Source: Sarea resinae
Lineage: Eukaryota
NCBI GenBank assembly: GCA_026026165.1
Contig: JAPEUD010000105.1
Location: forward strand, 1 to 61,571
Reading direction: 5' to 3'
Length of the DNA: 61,571 nucleotides
Shown: positions 47,613-60,258 of the stretch, piece after piece
Layout of the letters: each line of letters starts with the position of its first letter
How positions within the stretch are numbered: the first letter of the stretch is position 1
Made by a program: the position numbers and the translations under genes
The notes under the pieces: model-generated
Seen by the model: only the letters and a program-made list of their open reading frames with translations
Databases searched by the model: none
Told to the model about the DNA's origin: nothing

Positions 47613-48933
47613 TCACGACGCATCGACGGCCCATATCTCGACGCCGAGAATGTCGAACTTGGCGCCCTCGTCGCTGAGGGCTTCGTTGCCAAACGTCGGG
47701 CACGGCGACGAGATGCCCTTTTCGAGAACCGAGTCCAGCCACAGGCCGTAATGTCCTTCTCTGTTCAAGTCAGGAGAGGTGATTGGTTTGGTAGGAGAGA
47801 TGAGATGGAACGGAGTGGCAGAAGACAAAATGGTGAGAATATGGAGAAAGGGGTAGCAAAATGGAAGAGACGTACCCGCCACCGACACTGAGAAAGCCGT
47901 GCTCGCAGAAGATCATGTAGTCGTTTACACCGCTATAAGGAAAGGCTTTGAAGCGGATTCGCTCCGGCGTGCTGGCGCGCGATATGCTTGTCGCGGCACT
48001 ACTCGCGGCAGTGGAGCTTGGGGGCGAGAGTGTAGAAGATGAGGCGGTCGTGTTTACATTTGCTTTGGTTGTATCGTTGATGGTGCTTGTGCCGGCAGTG
48101 GTGTGGGAGTGCGGGCGGCTGTTGGCATTGTTGTAACTACCGATCGTCGTCGAGCGTTGCATGTTGGTTGTATCTGATGATGGGGGCGGCGGCAAGGAGG
48201 ACAGCAGAGGCGTCGAGGCGAGGATGGAGGCGCGCCAGAGGAAGCATTCGCCCGTGCCGTAATAGTGTGGACGGGGTTGTGGGGGATCCGTCAGGTAAGC
48301 ACCAAAGGTCTAGGAGAACCAGTCAGCAGAATGAATTGGTCGGTAGCAAAATCTCCAACATACGCCACCGTCGCCATCTCGAACCACGAGCACGAATCCC
48401 GTCCGCCGGCCCCAATACTCTTCGCATCGCTTGTAGAGCGTAGCCAAGCTCACGCCGTCCTGTTCGAGGCTGTAGATGAGCTTCCAGTCCTCGACGAGCT
48501 GGAGGCGTGGCGGAACGAGCAGTCGGATTTCCTCTGCTAAAGCGCGCGAGAGCAGGCGGGCAGAGGGCGGGGTCGACGCTTTATAGCCCTTGAGCGTGAG
48601 CGGATAGAGTGGTGGGGGTTGGAAGGGAGAGGCGGTGCGGTTGGGCGGTGTGTAGACGCCTGATGCGTTGCTGTTGTCCATGCTGTGGGACGGTGGTTGG
48701 TTTGGGGAGGGAGAGGAGGGGTTGGCTTGGTGCAGACGGCGCAGGAGGCTCGACACGGTGTAGCTGACGGGGAAGAGCAGGTGGGAGGAGGGCGTGCTGG
48801 GCTGAGGCGGAGGCGGAGGCGGAGGTTGGGGTTGGGACGAAGGGGACGGATCGGCCGGGGGAGTGGGGGGACGGGAGGGCGAGGAGGAGGTGGGAGGGGG
48901 TGATGGGGTCGGACTACTGCTGGTCGAGGACAT
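47613..48933 (-). CDS. OXR1: TLDc-domain oxidation resistance protein; introns 48310-48363 and 47761-47875
   Basis: [15 protein letters not shown]...[31 protein letters not shown]....[43 protein letters not shown]. Confidence 0.92.
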
Positions 48934-49613
48934 TCGAGCAGATGAGGTTTCCGATGATTAATTATGGGGTATATGGGAAAGGAGTAAGGAGAGGGGGTAT
49001 CCAAGTCTGACGTTGTTGTCGAAAAGGCATCCCATGCCACTGCATGCAATTGAGGTCCTGAGGTGTGGGAGAGAGGGCTACCGAGTGCATACCTTAAGGT
49101 AGTAAAAGGGCCACATCGTCACCGAGCTGTCATACCGGGCCCTGCCTTAGCTTCGGCTGGAGAGCCAGGATCACCGTCGTGGTGGATGGACCCTGAACAT
49201 CAACGCCATGGCATGCGGTGGCGAGAGCACGAGAGCGCGAGACGTTGACGGCAACAGTAATCTTCAGATCCCTTTCAGAGCTGCTGAAGCTGTACATCTC
49301 TCGTCCCTCCTTTACCGGCACCAAAGGGGCCATGGACGACTCTTGGTGCACCTTGGACGCGGACCGAAAACTGTGGACTGGACGTGAGCACTAGTACATT
49401 GTAGGGCTTCCAGAATGCACAGTACCTACTCCGAGTACCTTGCCTGGTACAGAGCTCCATGCCGACCAGGCGTGCAGGGACCCAATGTACCTCAAGGTAG
49501 GTATCATGACGATTGGGAGCACTGACCATTGACTCCCGTTTGGCCTCGACACGCCAAAACACCACCACCACCACCACCACCACCACTTCACTTCTCCCCC
49601 GGGCACTCCATTC

Positions 49614-51767
49614 ATGTCACTGCGAGCTACGACCAGCCTCGCATCATGCATTGCCAGATCCTGTCCATCATGCTCTTCTCCGGCCAGGGCGGCGGCACGA
49701 TCACGGACTCGCCATATCTGGCCTTGCCCAAGGAAAAGGAGACTCTTTCATCGGCCGTTCTCCGTCCGGGCAACGCGTGCACAAGAGAGCCCTGATCAAT
49801 TCATCACGACCCACGACGAGAAGATCAATCATGTCGGCACGAGCACCTTCCACTCTGGCGACTCGACCATCTATGCCCTCTCGACCGCCCCTGGAAGAGC
49901 TGCAATTGCGGTCATCAGAGTGTCCGGCCCAGCTTGTGTCGACATTTACCAGAAGCTATGTCCGAACCGGCCTCTCCCCAAGCCTCGATACGCAGCGGTC
50001 CGCAGCCTCTACGATCCGTCTCAGGCTCCATCGGTGGACACGATCCTGGATGCGAGCGCATTAGTTCTCTACTTTCCAGCGCCCAACACAGTGACGGGGG
50101 AAGACGTCCTCGAACTACATGTCCACGGCGGACCCGCGATCATCAAAGCTGTCCTCGCTTCGATTCCACGGTGCGCAGTAAATGACGGCCACGGCCATCC
50201 GATCCGCTACGCAGAGCCCGGCGAATTCACACGTCGCGCCTTCATGAATGACCGGCTCGACTTCCCGCAGGTCGAAGCTCTGGGCGACACGCTCTCAGCC
50301 ACGACCGAGCAGCAGCGCCGCCTCTCCGTGCGCGGCACCATCAGCGGGCTGGCGGACCGCTACGAGTCCTGGCGGCAGGAACTGCTCTACGCGCGCGGCG
50401 AGCTCGAGGCGCTGATTGATTTCTCCGAGGACCAGCACTTCGACGAGTCGCCCCGCGAGATGGTCGCCTCGGTGCGCGCCCAGGTCGAGACGCTCCACCG
50501 CTATATCTCGGTACATATCGCCAACGCCTTTCGCGGCGAATTGCTCCGCAACGGCATCGGCCTTGCGTTGCTGGGTGCGCCGAACGCGGGCAAGAGCTCG
50601 TTGCTGAACCGGATCATCGGCCGCGACGCCGCCATCGTCAGCCAGGAAGAGGGCACGACTCGTGATGTCGTCGAGGTTGGCGTCGACCTGGGCGGCTTCT
50701 ATTGTCGATTAGGCGACATGGCCGGGCTGCGAACGGGGCCTGTCGCTGGTGTCACCACCAAAAATGGCAGCGTCGTCGGCGAGGTCGAGAAAGAAGGCAT
50801 CCGCCGGGCCAAGCAGCGAGCGCTGGAATCCGACGTCGTCATCGTCGTGCTATCGATCGAGCCTCGTCGGAGCGATGACAACACCGCTGTCGATACCAAC
50901 GACGTCGACGGTCTCGAGATCCGCATGGATCCCGAAGTCATCTCCACGGCGGCCGCCTGCGCCTCGCGAACCGGCCACGCCGCCGCCGCCGCGGTCGTCG
51001 TCGCCATCAACAAGATCGACCAGCTGCCATCTCCAGCCATCCCGGAAGCCTGGATCACAGCCCTCACGCGCGCGATCCCGAGCGTGACACGGGATCAGAT
51101 CTTCGGCATCTCGTGCAAGGACGCCGAGGGCGAGTTTGGTCTCTCGAAGCCAAAGTCCGCAGTAGCAGCGGCAACGACGTCGACAACGACAAGGAAGTCG
51201 CCAACAACAACGACCGACCCAGGCCACATCACGCACTTTCTCCAAGCGGGCCTCCTCACCGCCTTTAAAACCCTCACCTCTCCACTGACGGCTCCAATCC
51301 CTGATCCGCCATCGTCATCATCATCATCATCATCATCCTCCTCCTCCTCCTCCTCCTCTTCATCTCCCCACCATCACCAGCTCATCTCCGACGCCAACGC
51401 GGACCCCGACCCGTCCATCTGGCAGGCCTCCCTAGGCGCCACCGAGCGCCAGCGCGTGCTCCTCGCGCAATGCTCCACGCACCTCGAGCGCTTCCTCTCC
51501 GCCACTGGCTCTCCCGACCCGTCATCGTCATCCCCAACCCCTGGCCCAAATCCATCCCCAACTCCAACCACGAACACAACCGAGCAACCCCCGACCCCCA
51601 ATAACAACGCCAACAGCCCCGACGACGACCTCGACATCGTCGTCTCAGCCGAGCACCTCCGCGCCGCCGCCGACTGCCTGGCGCGCATCACGGGCCGCGG
51701 CGAGGCCGTCGGCGACGTCGAGGACGTGCTGGGGGTTGTGTTTGAGAAGTTTTGCGTGGGCAAGTAA
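49614..51767 (+). CDS. MSS1: Mitochondrial tRNA modification GTPase MnmE/TrmE; exact start uncertain
   Basis: TIYALSTAPGRAAIAVIRVSG, TGEDVLELHVHGG, AEPGEFTRRAF.N, EALIDFSED, GAPNAGKSS, GTTRD, D.AG, NKID, C-terminal FCVGK. Arg-rich N-terminal presequence. Confidence 0.95.
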   Translation: MSLRATTSLASCIARSCPSCSSPARAAARSRTRHIWPCPRKRRLFHRPFSVRATRAQESPDQFITTHDEKINHVGTSTFHSGDSTIYALSTAPGRAAIAVIRVSGPACVDIYQKLCPNRPLPKPRYAAVRSLYDPSQAPSVDTILDASALVLYFPAPNTVTGEDVLELHVHGGPAIIKAVLASIPRCAVNDGHGHPIRYAEPGEFTRRAFMNDRLDFPQVEALGDTLSATTEQQRRLSVRGTISGLADRYESWRQELLYARGELEALIDFSEDQHFDESPREMVASVRAQVETLHRYISVHIANAFRGELLRNGIGLALLGAPNAGKSSLLNRIIGRDAAIVSQEEGTTRDVVEVGVDLGGFYCRLGDMAGLRTGPVAGVTTKNGSVVGEVEKEGIRRAKQRALESDVVIVVLSIEPRRSDDNTAVDTNDVDGLEIRMDPEVISTAAACASRTGHAAAAAVVVAINKIDQLPSPAIPEAWITALTRAIPSVTRDQIFGISCKDAEGEFGLSKPKSAVAAATTSTTTRKSPTTTTDPGHITHFLQAGLLTAFKTLTSPLTAPIPDPPSSSSSSSSSSSSSSSSSSPHHHQLISDANADPDPSIWQASLGATERQRVLLAQCSTHLERFLSATGSPDPSSSSPTPGPNPSPTPTTNTTEQPPTPNNNANSPDDDLDIVVSAEHLRAAADCLARITGRGEAVGDVEDVLGVVFEKFCVGK

Positions 51768-52148
51768 GTATGGAAGTGAGTCAGCAAGTGAGTGAGTGAG
51801 TGCGTGAGTGAGTAAGGGGGAGGGGAGGGGTAGGAGGCCAGCAAAGGCCAAACGCAAAACGCAAAACGAAAAAAAAAAAGGAGAAAAAAGGCAAAAGGAG
51901 AAGTAGAACGAAGAAGCAGAAAGAGAAGAGAGAGAGAGAGAAAGATGTGCGATATACATTCATTGTTCATACATAGCACGATACTATACCATACCGTACT
52001 CATACCACACTTAATGTATAACTAATAACCAACATCCAATAACCAATATCCAAACACAAAGACAAAGACAAAAACCAGAAATATAGAAATAATCCTATAC
52101 TAGACTACACTACACTTAGTACACTACACTATGACATCACCACACCAC

Positions 52149-52149
<1 letters not shown>

Positions 52150-52184
<35 letters not shown>
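52150..52184. repeat. Poly-C homopolymer (35 nt)
   Basis: Direct reading in the convergent MSS1-VID27 intergenic region. Confidence 0.9.
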
Positions 52185-52187
<3 letters not shown>

Positions 52188-52756
52188 CGCTCAGCTAGCT
52201 AGACCTGAAACCTGAAACCTAAGGTAAACCCCACCCAACACTAAACTCAACTTTAAGAAAAAGAAGTAGAGAGAAGAAAAAAAAGAAGGGGAAGTTGAAC
52301 CGAAGAGAATAGCATCGAAGAGGGCGTGCACGTGCTGCGCAGTATTCAATACCAGAGGAAAAGAGGGGGAATCAATAGAGTCAAATTAGTCCTAATCTAA
52401 TCTAGCCTGACCTAGCCCTGACCTAGCTACCTACCTAGCCAGCATCGACACGTAATGCCTATCAACAAAGGAAAAGACAAACAACAGGAAGGGGGTGAAA
52501 AAAGGGGGGACCAGGAGAGAGGGGGAAAAGAGAAAGGGGAAAAGAGAAAGGGGAAAAGAGAAAGGGGGTAGATTGGCAGACGCCTAGGCCAAAGCCAACC
52601 AAAACCAACGATACGACACGTTAGCGACACGTCCCGAACTCAAAAAGAATCGAGTCAAATAAAGAGGATCGAGAGAATCAGGGCTAGGAGTTCCCAATCA
52701 CTATCCATCAGCTCCACCCACACCCACCCACCGCCGACGAAAAGAAATGCAAGACC

Positions 52757-55405
52757 TCAGTACGGACTATTGACCACATCCTCCCGAGCCAACCGACCAC
52801 TCGCGCGACCGCCCGCCCCCGCACCCAGCGCGCTTACGCGAGCACTGCTCCTCCGGCCGCCAGACCATCCACCACCGACCGGCGTAGGCGTCGCGATGGA
52901 CTCCCGGGTCGGCTTGCGGAAGCTCTGCTTGGCCACCATGTTGACCTCATTAGGCAAGGCGACGATGACGTTCTTGTCGCTGCCGAACTTGAAGTCGTCT
53001 GCCATGACCTCCTCGGCGTAGCGCTTGATGGTGTACGGGTCGCGCCGACCCGCGAGCACCTTCTTCATGCTCCACGTGACGATAAAGGGGCCCGTGGCCG
53101 TGACGATGGTCGTCTCGTTGCTGTCGACGCCGGCGTTGAAGCGTGCGGGCGTAAAGGAGATGGGCGTTTTGGTCTCGTGCTGGAACTGCGCCACGTGTGA
53201 GGGTTGCAGGCCCAGACGGCGAGGTTGTGGTTTCGAGTCCTTGCCAAAGGACCGTTCAAACCCTAATTTGCCCTCGTTCTTGCCCTCCTTCTGGAGCGCG
53301 TCGATCAGGAGGAGGTAATTCTTGCAGGTTGCGAGGACCCAGCGGCCGTCGGCAGAGACGTCGAGGCCAAGGATCGGCTCGCCGAGAGCGGGGATGTGCG
53401 TTTTTGCATTGATGCCGAGACGGTCGAACATGCGAATGTCACCTTTGTTGGAGGCCACGGCAATGTAGCCCTTTTCCGTCGTCGCGGCGGCCGAAAACTC
53501 GTTCTTGGACACATATTGCTTGAGTTGAGAGTCGACTAGCTTATTGCCAGCGAGACGGGGATCGACCCGGTAGAGAGCATTCCGTGAGAGACCGAGAAAC
53601 GTCTGCTCGCCGGTCATTTGTGCGAATTTCTAGTCAAGTCAGTAAGTCTGTCATCTTAAAAGGTCGAAGGCGTAACAAACCTTATCCGGGGCGAATGAGG
53701 TGACTGGAATGTCGTCATGAACCTTCCACTCGTCCACGACCTTTCCATACTCCAGATCCATGCGATAGAGAGAATTTGGATCGTCTTCGTTTTGCAAGAT
53801 CATATTGGTATCCTCTGCGTGTAACATGACCTTCTTAGGACTGAACAGCTTTCCTTTTGGAGTCTGAACCTTGGAAATGTTGGTGGAAAATTCCAGATTG
53901 TTGTTTGGCGTATGCTTGAAGACGCCAATCTTTGACCCACGAACGACAAACGATCGATCATGTTTGTAACCGACGGCAAGCTGTGAGTTGACATTGCCAT
54001 CACTGTCGCGGACTACGACATCGTCTTCTGATTCGTCGCTATCGTAGTGCTCGCTGCGTTGACCGTCATTTTCGACCTCCTCTTCTTCCTCTTCCTCCTC
54101 CTCCTCTTCTTCTTGCCCTTCGTTATTGGCATCATCCATGGTGAGATCTTGAAAGGCTTCCAAGACATATTCTCTCTCATCGTCTTTGGTCTTGCTCCAT
54201 TTGATTTCGTTCAACTGCTCCCACAGGGCTTGCATCAGACCTTCTTGGAATCGTTCCAATCTCTCTTGATTCGAGAAGCGTAGCAGCCACGAGTACGCCG
54301 ATCCATCGTCGGTATAGTGGTTGAAGATGAACGACAGGTATTCAAAGTTGAAGACAGGATTGATGTCTGCCACGACCGCTTGACCGAGCCATTCCTTGTC
54401 ATCTCCACTGATCTGGAGCCAGTACTGCCAGTTTCCCAGCTCGTAAACGGTAGCTGAAACAGCCTTGTCTTGTATGATGAAGGCTCCCGACGTAAAATCG
54501 AACAGATGCAATTCCGCGGTTTCCTTGGCCAGGATCTCGCCGCCCGTTGGAGCTTTAGCTGAAACCGGAGCACTCGTTGGCGCTTGCTCCTCCTCCTCCT
54601 CCTTTGCCGGAGCTCTAGCCTTGCTCACACGTTTTTCTGGCATCTTCTCTTTGGCCAACGCGCTATTACCCGTAGAGCTTACTGATCGCGTCAAGATGGT
54701 CGGCGACGTGATCGGACTCGAGATAGGACTTGCAGACGGAATGGCCTGCTCCGCGAACGAGAATTGCTCAAGTTCTTTCTCGGTGGCTGTATCGTGCGGT
54801 CTGCGGTACTTCCTCTCGTATTGACACTGTATCGCGACCAATTCGAAAGTGCTGACGGTGTTGTTTTGGGTAGAATTGTCGCAAACGAATTCGTAGAGAT
54901 CGCCCGGATCGCCGCTTTGATCTCTCCACGCGAAGACGCACTCTCCGTTGTGTCTGATCTCGGATCGGAAATGGAGGCTTTCGTCGAGCAGAAAGGTTTT
55001 CTCGTCCTTGTCGGTGCCTAAGCCTTCTGCGCCGCCGTCTTCACCGTCCTCGTCTGCCAGAAGCTCTTCTTCGCCTTCTTCGTACGCGCGTTGCACGACC
55101 AGCTGATACTGATATTCTTGGCCTGTGCGCCGTATCGTGGCCACCGCGTCCTTGAAGATAAGCTCGGAGTAGCCTTTTGGCGAAAGTGGGCGAACGAGGT
55201 AAAGCTGGCCTTGTGGGATTTCGATGATGGATTCTTTCGAGGTATCGCCAAAGAGATACTTGCTCACTGTGTTCGAGGTGAATGTCAGTCAAACGGTGGC
55301 GAGGCGTTGATTGTTTTGTTTTGGTTTTGTTGGGGGAAGCGTCTAAGTGGGGGTGTTGGAGGGGCAGTAAATGAGGGTAAACGAACCGTTCCGGAGCATA
55401 AACAT
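52757..55405 (-). CDS. VID27: Vacuolar import and degradation protein 27; introns 55267-55386 and 53630-53680
   Basis: MFMLRN/VSKYLFG...IP.GQLYLVRP.SPKG.SE.IF.DA, NSQLAVGYKHDRSFVVRG, LYRMDLEYGKVVDEW, DIRMFDRLG.NAKT.IP.LG, F.FGSDKNVIVAL. Confidence 0.93.
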
Positions 55406-55899
55406 GTTTGCGGTCGCGACTTCGCCTCACGCGGCGCTCTCTCTCTCTCTCTCTCACACTTCGGGAAAGTCCGAAGAATCAGACTGCTCGAGACAGAGCC
55501 AGCAAGGGAAGTGGGCAAATTCAAGAGAAGATGAGATTCACCTTGTGAGATGTTGGCAGCTCCCAGCTCTGTGAGAATTCGAGGAAGTGTGTATTGTTGT
55601 GGTTGCAAAAGTGGCAGTGAGAGCGAAGTGTGTGTGATCGAGTGAGGTAGAAGAGTGGCAGGGAGTAGATGATGTGCGAGAGCAAACGAGAAAACAAAGC
55701 CAATCTGCGCAAGCGGCAAGCGTCAAGCGTCAAGTGTGAAGCGTCAAGCGTCAATCGTGAAGCGGGAAAGAGTCAAGACCCGCACGATAGGAAGGTGCGA
55801 GTGACCAGTGGCCAGTAGAGAGAGCAAAGTAAGATAGTATATAGGTACTTGGAGCTGCCTTGGCCAAAGGTGTCTTTTTACTTGTTTGATATCAATTGA

Positions 55900-55902
<3 letters not shown>

Positions 55903-55981
<79 letters not shown>
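55903..55981. repeat. (CT)n dinucleotide microsatellite, about 39 units
   Basis: Direct reading. Confidence 0.95.
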
Positions 55982-55987
<6 letters not shown>

Positions 55988-56451
55988 ACTCTGGAGACAA
56001 CTGGAGCGTGGCTTGTGACTCGGACGGGCAAATGACCAATCGCCAGCTCGCTCCTTCCCCCGCCATCAAGGGCTGTGACGCACAATCGAGAGTGGCGTGT
56101 GGCGAGTGTAGTCACGTGACCATGGTGGCGCCGTGAATCCCCTGTCCCGCACTGCCACATAGCGAAGCCTAGAGTCTCCCACGAGAAGAGAACGGTCTAG
56201 ACCAGACCGAAACACTGAGGCGGACACGTCATGTTTTCCATCCATTCAGAAGACTACCCAGTATGTATCTGTATTTCTGCTATATGTAGAATGCCCGCTT
56301 CTTCTCTCCCCTTGTTTAAATCAATGTCCCGTGCCGTCAAACAGCCCAAACTCCGGGCGCCGCCAAGTAAATGCGGATGCAATTGGCTGCTGAAAGCTGA
56401 AAGACAAGCTCCATCATTCCCCGTCCTCGCCATTCCTGTCTCGAAAATTAC

Positions 56452-57622
56452 TCAAGCCTCTGCGCCCACTGGCGGCTGGCTGGCAGCAAGGTTGCATTGT
56501 CTGAAGATCCTAATCTCATCTTCGGCAAAAGCTCCCACGACCGAATGAATGACCCCTCGGTTGTTGAAGAGGACCATGTCACCTTCATCCCAGTCGTGCG
56601 TATAGACGTACTGGGGACTAATCCCTGGCCGCTGCAAATCATGGACGATGCGTCGCACCTCGGCCAGGTCATCAATGACCGTACCATCCTTGAGGTGCAA
56701 CTTCCGAATGGCCGAAGGATGGACCTGAAGTGCCAATTTGCCCGTGACGGGATTCTTCCAGACCATGGGCAATATCTGGATCTTACTCTCGTCAATTGGT
56801 GGAAGTTGGTCCGGAGAAAGTTCGAGACCATCTGACCAGAGTCCCAGGCCGTCCGAGAGGGATTTGGCGCTGGACATCCAGACATAAGGGTGAGGTGCAT
56901 ATTGCACCTTTGTCGTCCGTACGAATTCCTGTTGCTCTGGAGACAAGATGTCGTACATGGTGTATCCACTGGCGAAAGCAGTCGTCCCAAGCGGAACGTC
57001 CATTTCATCGCCAGTGCCGTCATCGTAGCGGAGAGTTTGACGTCGGCCTTTAGGCACCGAGACCGCCATGAGCGTGGTGACATAAGGCGGGTTCAAATCG
57101 TAGAGGGCGGCGTCAATGTGCCACCGATAGAAGCGGGTCACATCGAGGTCTTCCTCCTGAGGAACCGTATACTTGTGGAAGCTTCGGTGATGTGGGTGCT
57201 TGAGTTTGATATTCTCCAAGCCCTCGAACGAAGAGACATGACCGTTGCCGATGACTTGAACTTGCGGCTGATGAGGAATGGTTTTGAGGTCTGGGTGTAG
57301 AATGGACTTCTTGACATCCAAGGTCTTGCCATGCCCATAGGACGTCGACTCCGGATCGAATCGCTGGGTCAATTCAAACTGGGCCTTGGGAGTAAAAGAC
57401 TGCTGGCCTTTGACCACCACGACTTGATGCTGGTAAAGGGCATTATAGAGGACATCAAAATCGGCGTCTGTTAGACTGTTAGCGACGTACAATAGTAATT
57501 GGACTTGCATGATTACCATTTAATTTATTTAGATCGAGGTTCCGGACCTCGGCGCCAAAGTTGAACTCATCAGGAATACCTGGAGGGGAGAGAGGGTGCA
57601 CGGTGGCGACTTGCACAGTCAT
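56452..57622 (-). CDS. xanA: Fe(II)/alpha-ketoglutarate-dependent xanthine dioxygenase (TauD family); intron 57468-57516
   Basis: RFDP....YGHG, SILHPDLKTIP.QPQVQ.IGNG, LKHPHH..FHK, TRFYRWHIDAALY (HxD), YAPHPYVWM, W..GD.VLFNNRGV.HSVVG, FRQCNLAAS. Confidence 0.9.
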
Positions 57623-58137
57623 GATGGGCCTGGGAGACGGAAGACCGAAGACGTAGAGTCGCAAGAGATGTAATCTGGGATATGAGTATTGATTATCGGA
57701 ATGGCGTGAATTGTTGAGGTTTAGATGCTAGAAGCAGTCGACGCTGATTTTATTGTTGATGTTGATGATGACATGGGAGATAATCATCATATATAGTCAC
57801 ATTGGATGTCGAGGGCAGCATCGATAGATATCGTCAGTGAGCGCATAGCATCGGGGGTAGCCGTAGCAAACAAAGGATGCCCCCGAGATACTGATAGGGC
57901 TAGTCCGGGCTTACTGAGTACCGGTGCGTTAGACTGCGACCGCCGTCCGCCGGGAATTGCATCTGCATCAGTTATCGGCTCCTCTGTCAGCATCATTAGT
58001 ATTGAAAGCTTCGGTATCAATGGACTTCCGCCCGAAATTCAGGGACTTGCTGCACCGCGCTCTGGTCGAGCTAAGAACCCGGTCGCGGATCGGTGGGGCT
58101 GAAGTCTAGCCCCGCGGAGAGCTACTCATACTGAATG

Positions 58138-58151
58138 TCGGAGGTCGCCGA
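58138..58151. promoter_or_regulatory. Putative UaY binding site TCGG-N6-CCGA upstream of xanA
   Basis: TCGG-AGGTCG-CCGA, about 520 nt upstream of the xanA ATG. A near match TCGG-GGGTAG-CCGT lies at 57851-57864, with several GATA cores nearby. Confidence 0.6.
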
Positions 58152-58796
58152 GGAGGGCTGTCTCCATGTTGCCCCTTCTGCCGAAGCTTCCCTCGCGCCG
58201 CACTCGGAACTTCTCATCTCCTACGAAAAAGGTCACAATCGATTGGCCGTGGAAAGCTTTTTTGGAATAGTGATGGGATTAATCTCAGGTCCCATTGCCC
58301 TTTTACAGGGGAATTGCAATAGGCAAGAGGTAAATAGCCAACGGTCCAGACATCTCTATGCTACCGCTTTCAGATCCTACGTCGTTGAACCTTCTCAACG
58401 ATGGATGCCTTAGGGGTTCGCCTTACGGAGAGACCTATATCTGCGGTGCCTTGCTGTAACAGACGATGATGACACCTACGAGCTATCCAGTTGTTCCAAA
58501 GGATTTAGGGAGAATGGATGATTTGGCTGGCATTGCCATTCGGGCATCTTTCCCATGATGACTTCTCAGACGGACTATATCAACACTGTTTCGAGGCGCC
58601 TTACGCGAAAACTCCCGGGAGCCAACATCATCCACGAAGTGGGTGGTAGGAGTGCTCCGTATGCCTTGACGGGACATTTGGCTCGTTTCCGGCCGGTGTT
58701 CCACCTGGTCCGTATGTGACCATATGCGCGCTATTATGATGGACCAAACAAAGTTGGTCTGGCGTGGATGTTGTGAAATTAATAAAGGCAATTTCT

Positions 58797-59934
58797 TCAA
58801 TCGGGAATATAGCTCTGACTGGGCCATCGACTTGGTCTCCGTAGTTCATGATATCGATCGTAAGGAGAACTCCTGTAATGCCGAGCACGGGGTCTGTGTG
58901 CCCCTCGGTTTGCGGCCGAGCTTCTATACGAGTCTCTGTCGGTCTCGCTGCCAGCTTGCTGAGGCCTTCCCTGGGCCGACGGGTCGTTCCCTTCTCCGTC
59001 TCGTCCGAAATGCTTGGGAAGTGATTCATTGTACTGGACGGCTCGATCCCAGTCTTCCAAAGAGGTATATGGACTTCGCAGCCAAGCCTGCAGCTCATGT
59101 AGAAAGAGCCTCGTGTTATCTCTCCCAAGGAACTCTTGCAGCATTTCCTCTGCTTGTCCGCCACTGCCCTTGATATCTACCGTCTTGAGAATAGCAACGA
59201 TATACTCTAGCAAGAACTCCGCATTATTGGCACGCCTGCTGATTCCCTCCCCATCGCCACTATCCGGATTGAGAAATTCAAATACTCGTAATTCTCGACG
59301 GATCCATTTGCGTGCCCTAGAAACTAGCTCGGGGTCTTGAGAAAATAGTCTTGGACTGAGATCGCGGAAGCGGGATAGACGATTTGAACCGACATGAAGG
59401 GAGTACAATTGATTTCGATAGACATGCCTCCGTCTGAGGACTGCAGTATCCGGGCTTGGGGGAGAAATGGGCCTGACTGAGCGTTGTGGCCTTTGCGCAA
59501 AGGAACGACGATCCCGCTGGAAACGAGTTCTCCCCCTTTGCTGAGTCTGGGAAGCAGCGGAAGGCGTCGGCGGTTCAGGGGCTGCGGTGACTTTATAGGT
59601 CTTGAAATTTGACGGGGACTGCCAATCGTACTGAACGGTATTGACTTGGGACTTGCCTGTGGGGTATCATTAGAGAAGTGGATACCAGATGACAGAATGG
59701 GCACTCACACAAAGGGCAGTTGGAGCGCTGCTGAAGCCAGCTCACAAGGCAAAGAAAGTCGAAGCTGCAGTGCTTGCATGGGAGCGCAACTGCGCGCTCG
59801 GAGATGGTCTCCAAGCATATGACGCAGGGATCGTCATGCTCCCCAAGGTCATGAATGTCAGTGCGAGACGTCAAAGCGACCTCTTCGAGGGTGCTCTGCA
59901 GGACCTGCTGTCGAAGATCGACATTGTCCTCCAT
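58797..59934 (-). CDS. RING-finger E3 ubiquitin ligase (TOPORS-like fungal family); intron 59657-59708
   Basis: CVICL......AVALPCKHCSFDFLCLVSWL....CPL/CK RING, then RRRHVY...LYSLHVGSN, WIRREL.VF.FL, LFLHEL.AWLRSPY.SL.DWD..VQY. Confidence 0.85.
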
Positions 59935-60258
59935 GCGGTTCCACGCTGTCAGACTTCTGGGTGATGTTCGCCACGAGGTGTGTGTTCGCAGGTAGCATTC
60001 ATGCACGGATATGATATCAGATTGCCTGAACTGGTGTCTCTCGCGTACCGTACCGCATTTCGGCGTCAAGCTTGCGCATTCATTCCATCCAGACCATAAG
60101 ACTCATGTCTGCTTGTGCTTGACTCATTTCGACTCTGCATCTGTTCACCTCTCCTACTGATACTGGACCCAGTCTATGTCATGGCTGTTGCGTGAAAGAC
60201 TGCTCCTCAGGGATACCAATAGAGCAGTCAAGGGACGACGAGTTCCAACCATCGCAAC

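Noticed and set aside
55744..56160. ORF with a long RE dipeptide run
   Set aside because: Translation of the (CT)n microsatellite in the VID27 upstream region.
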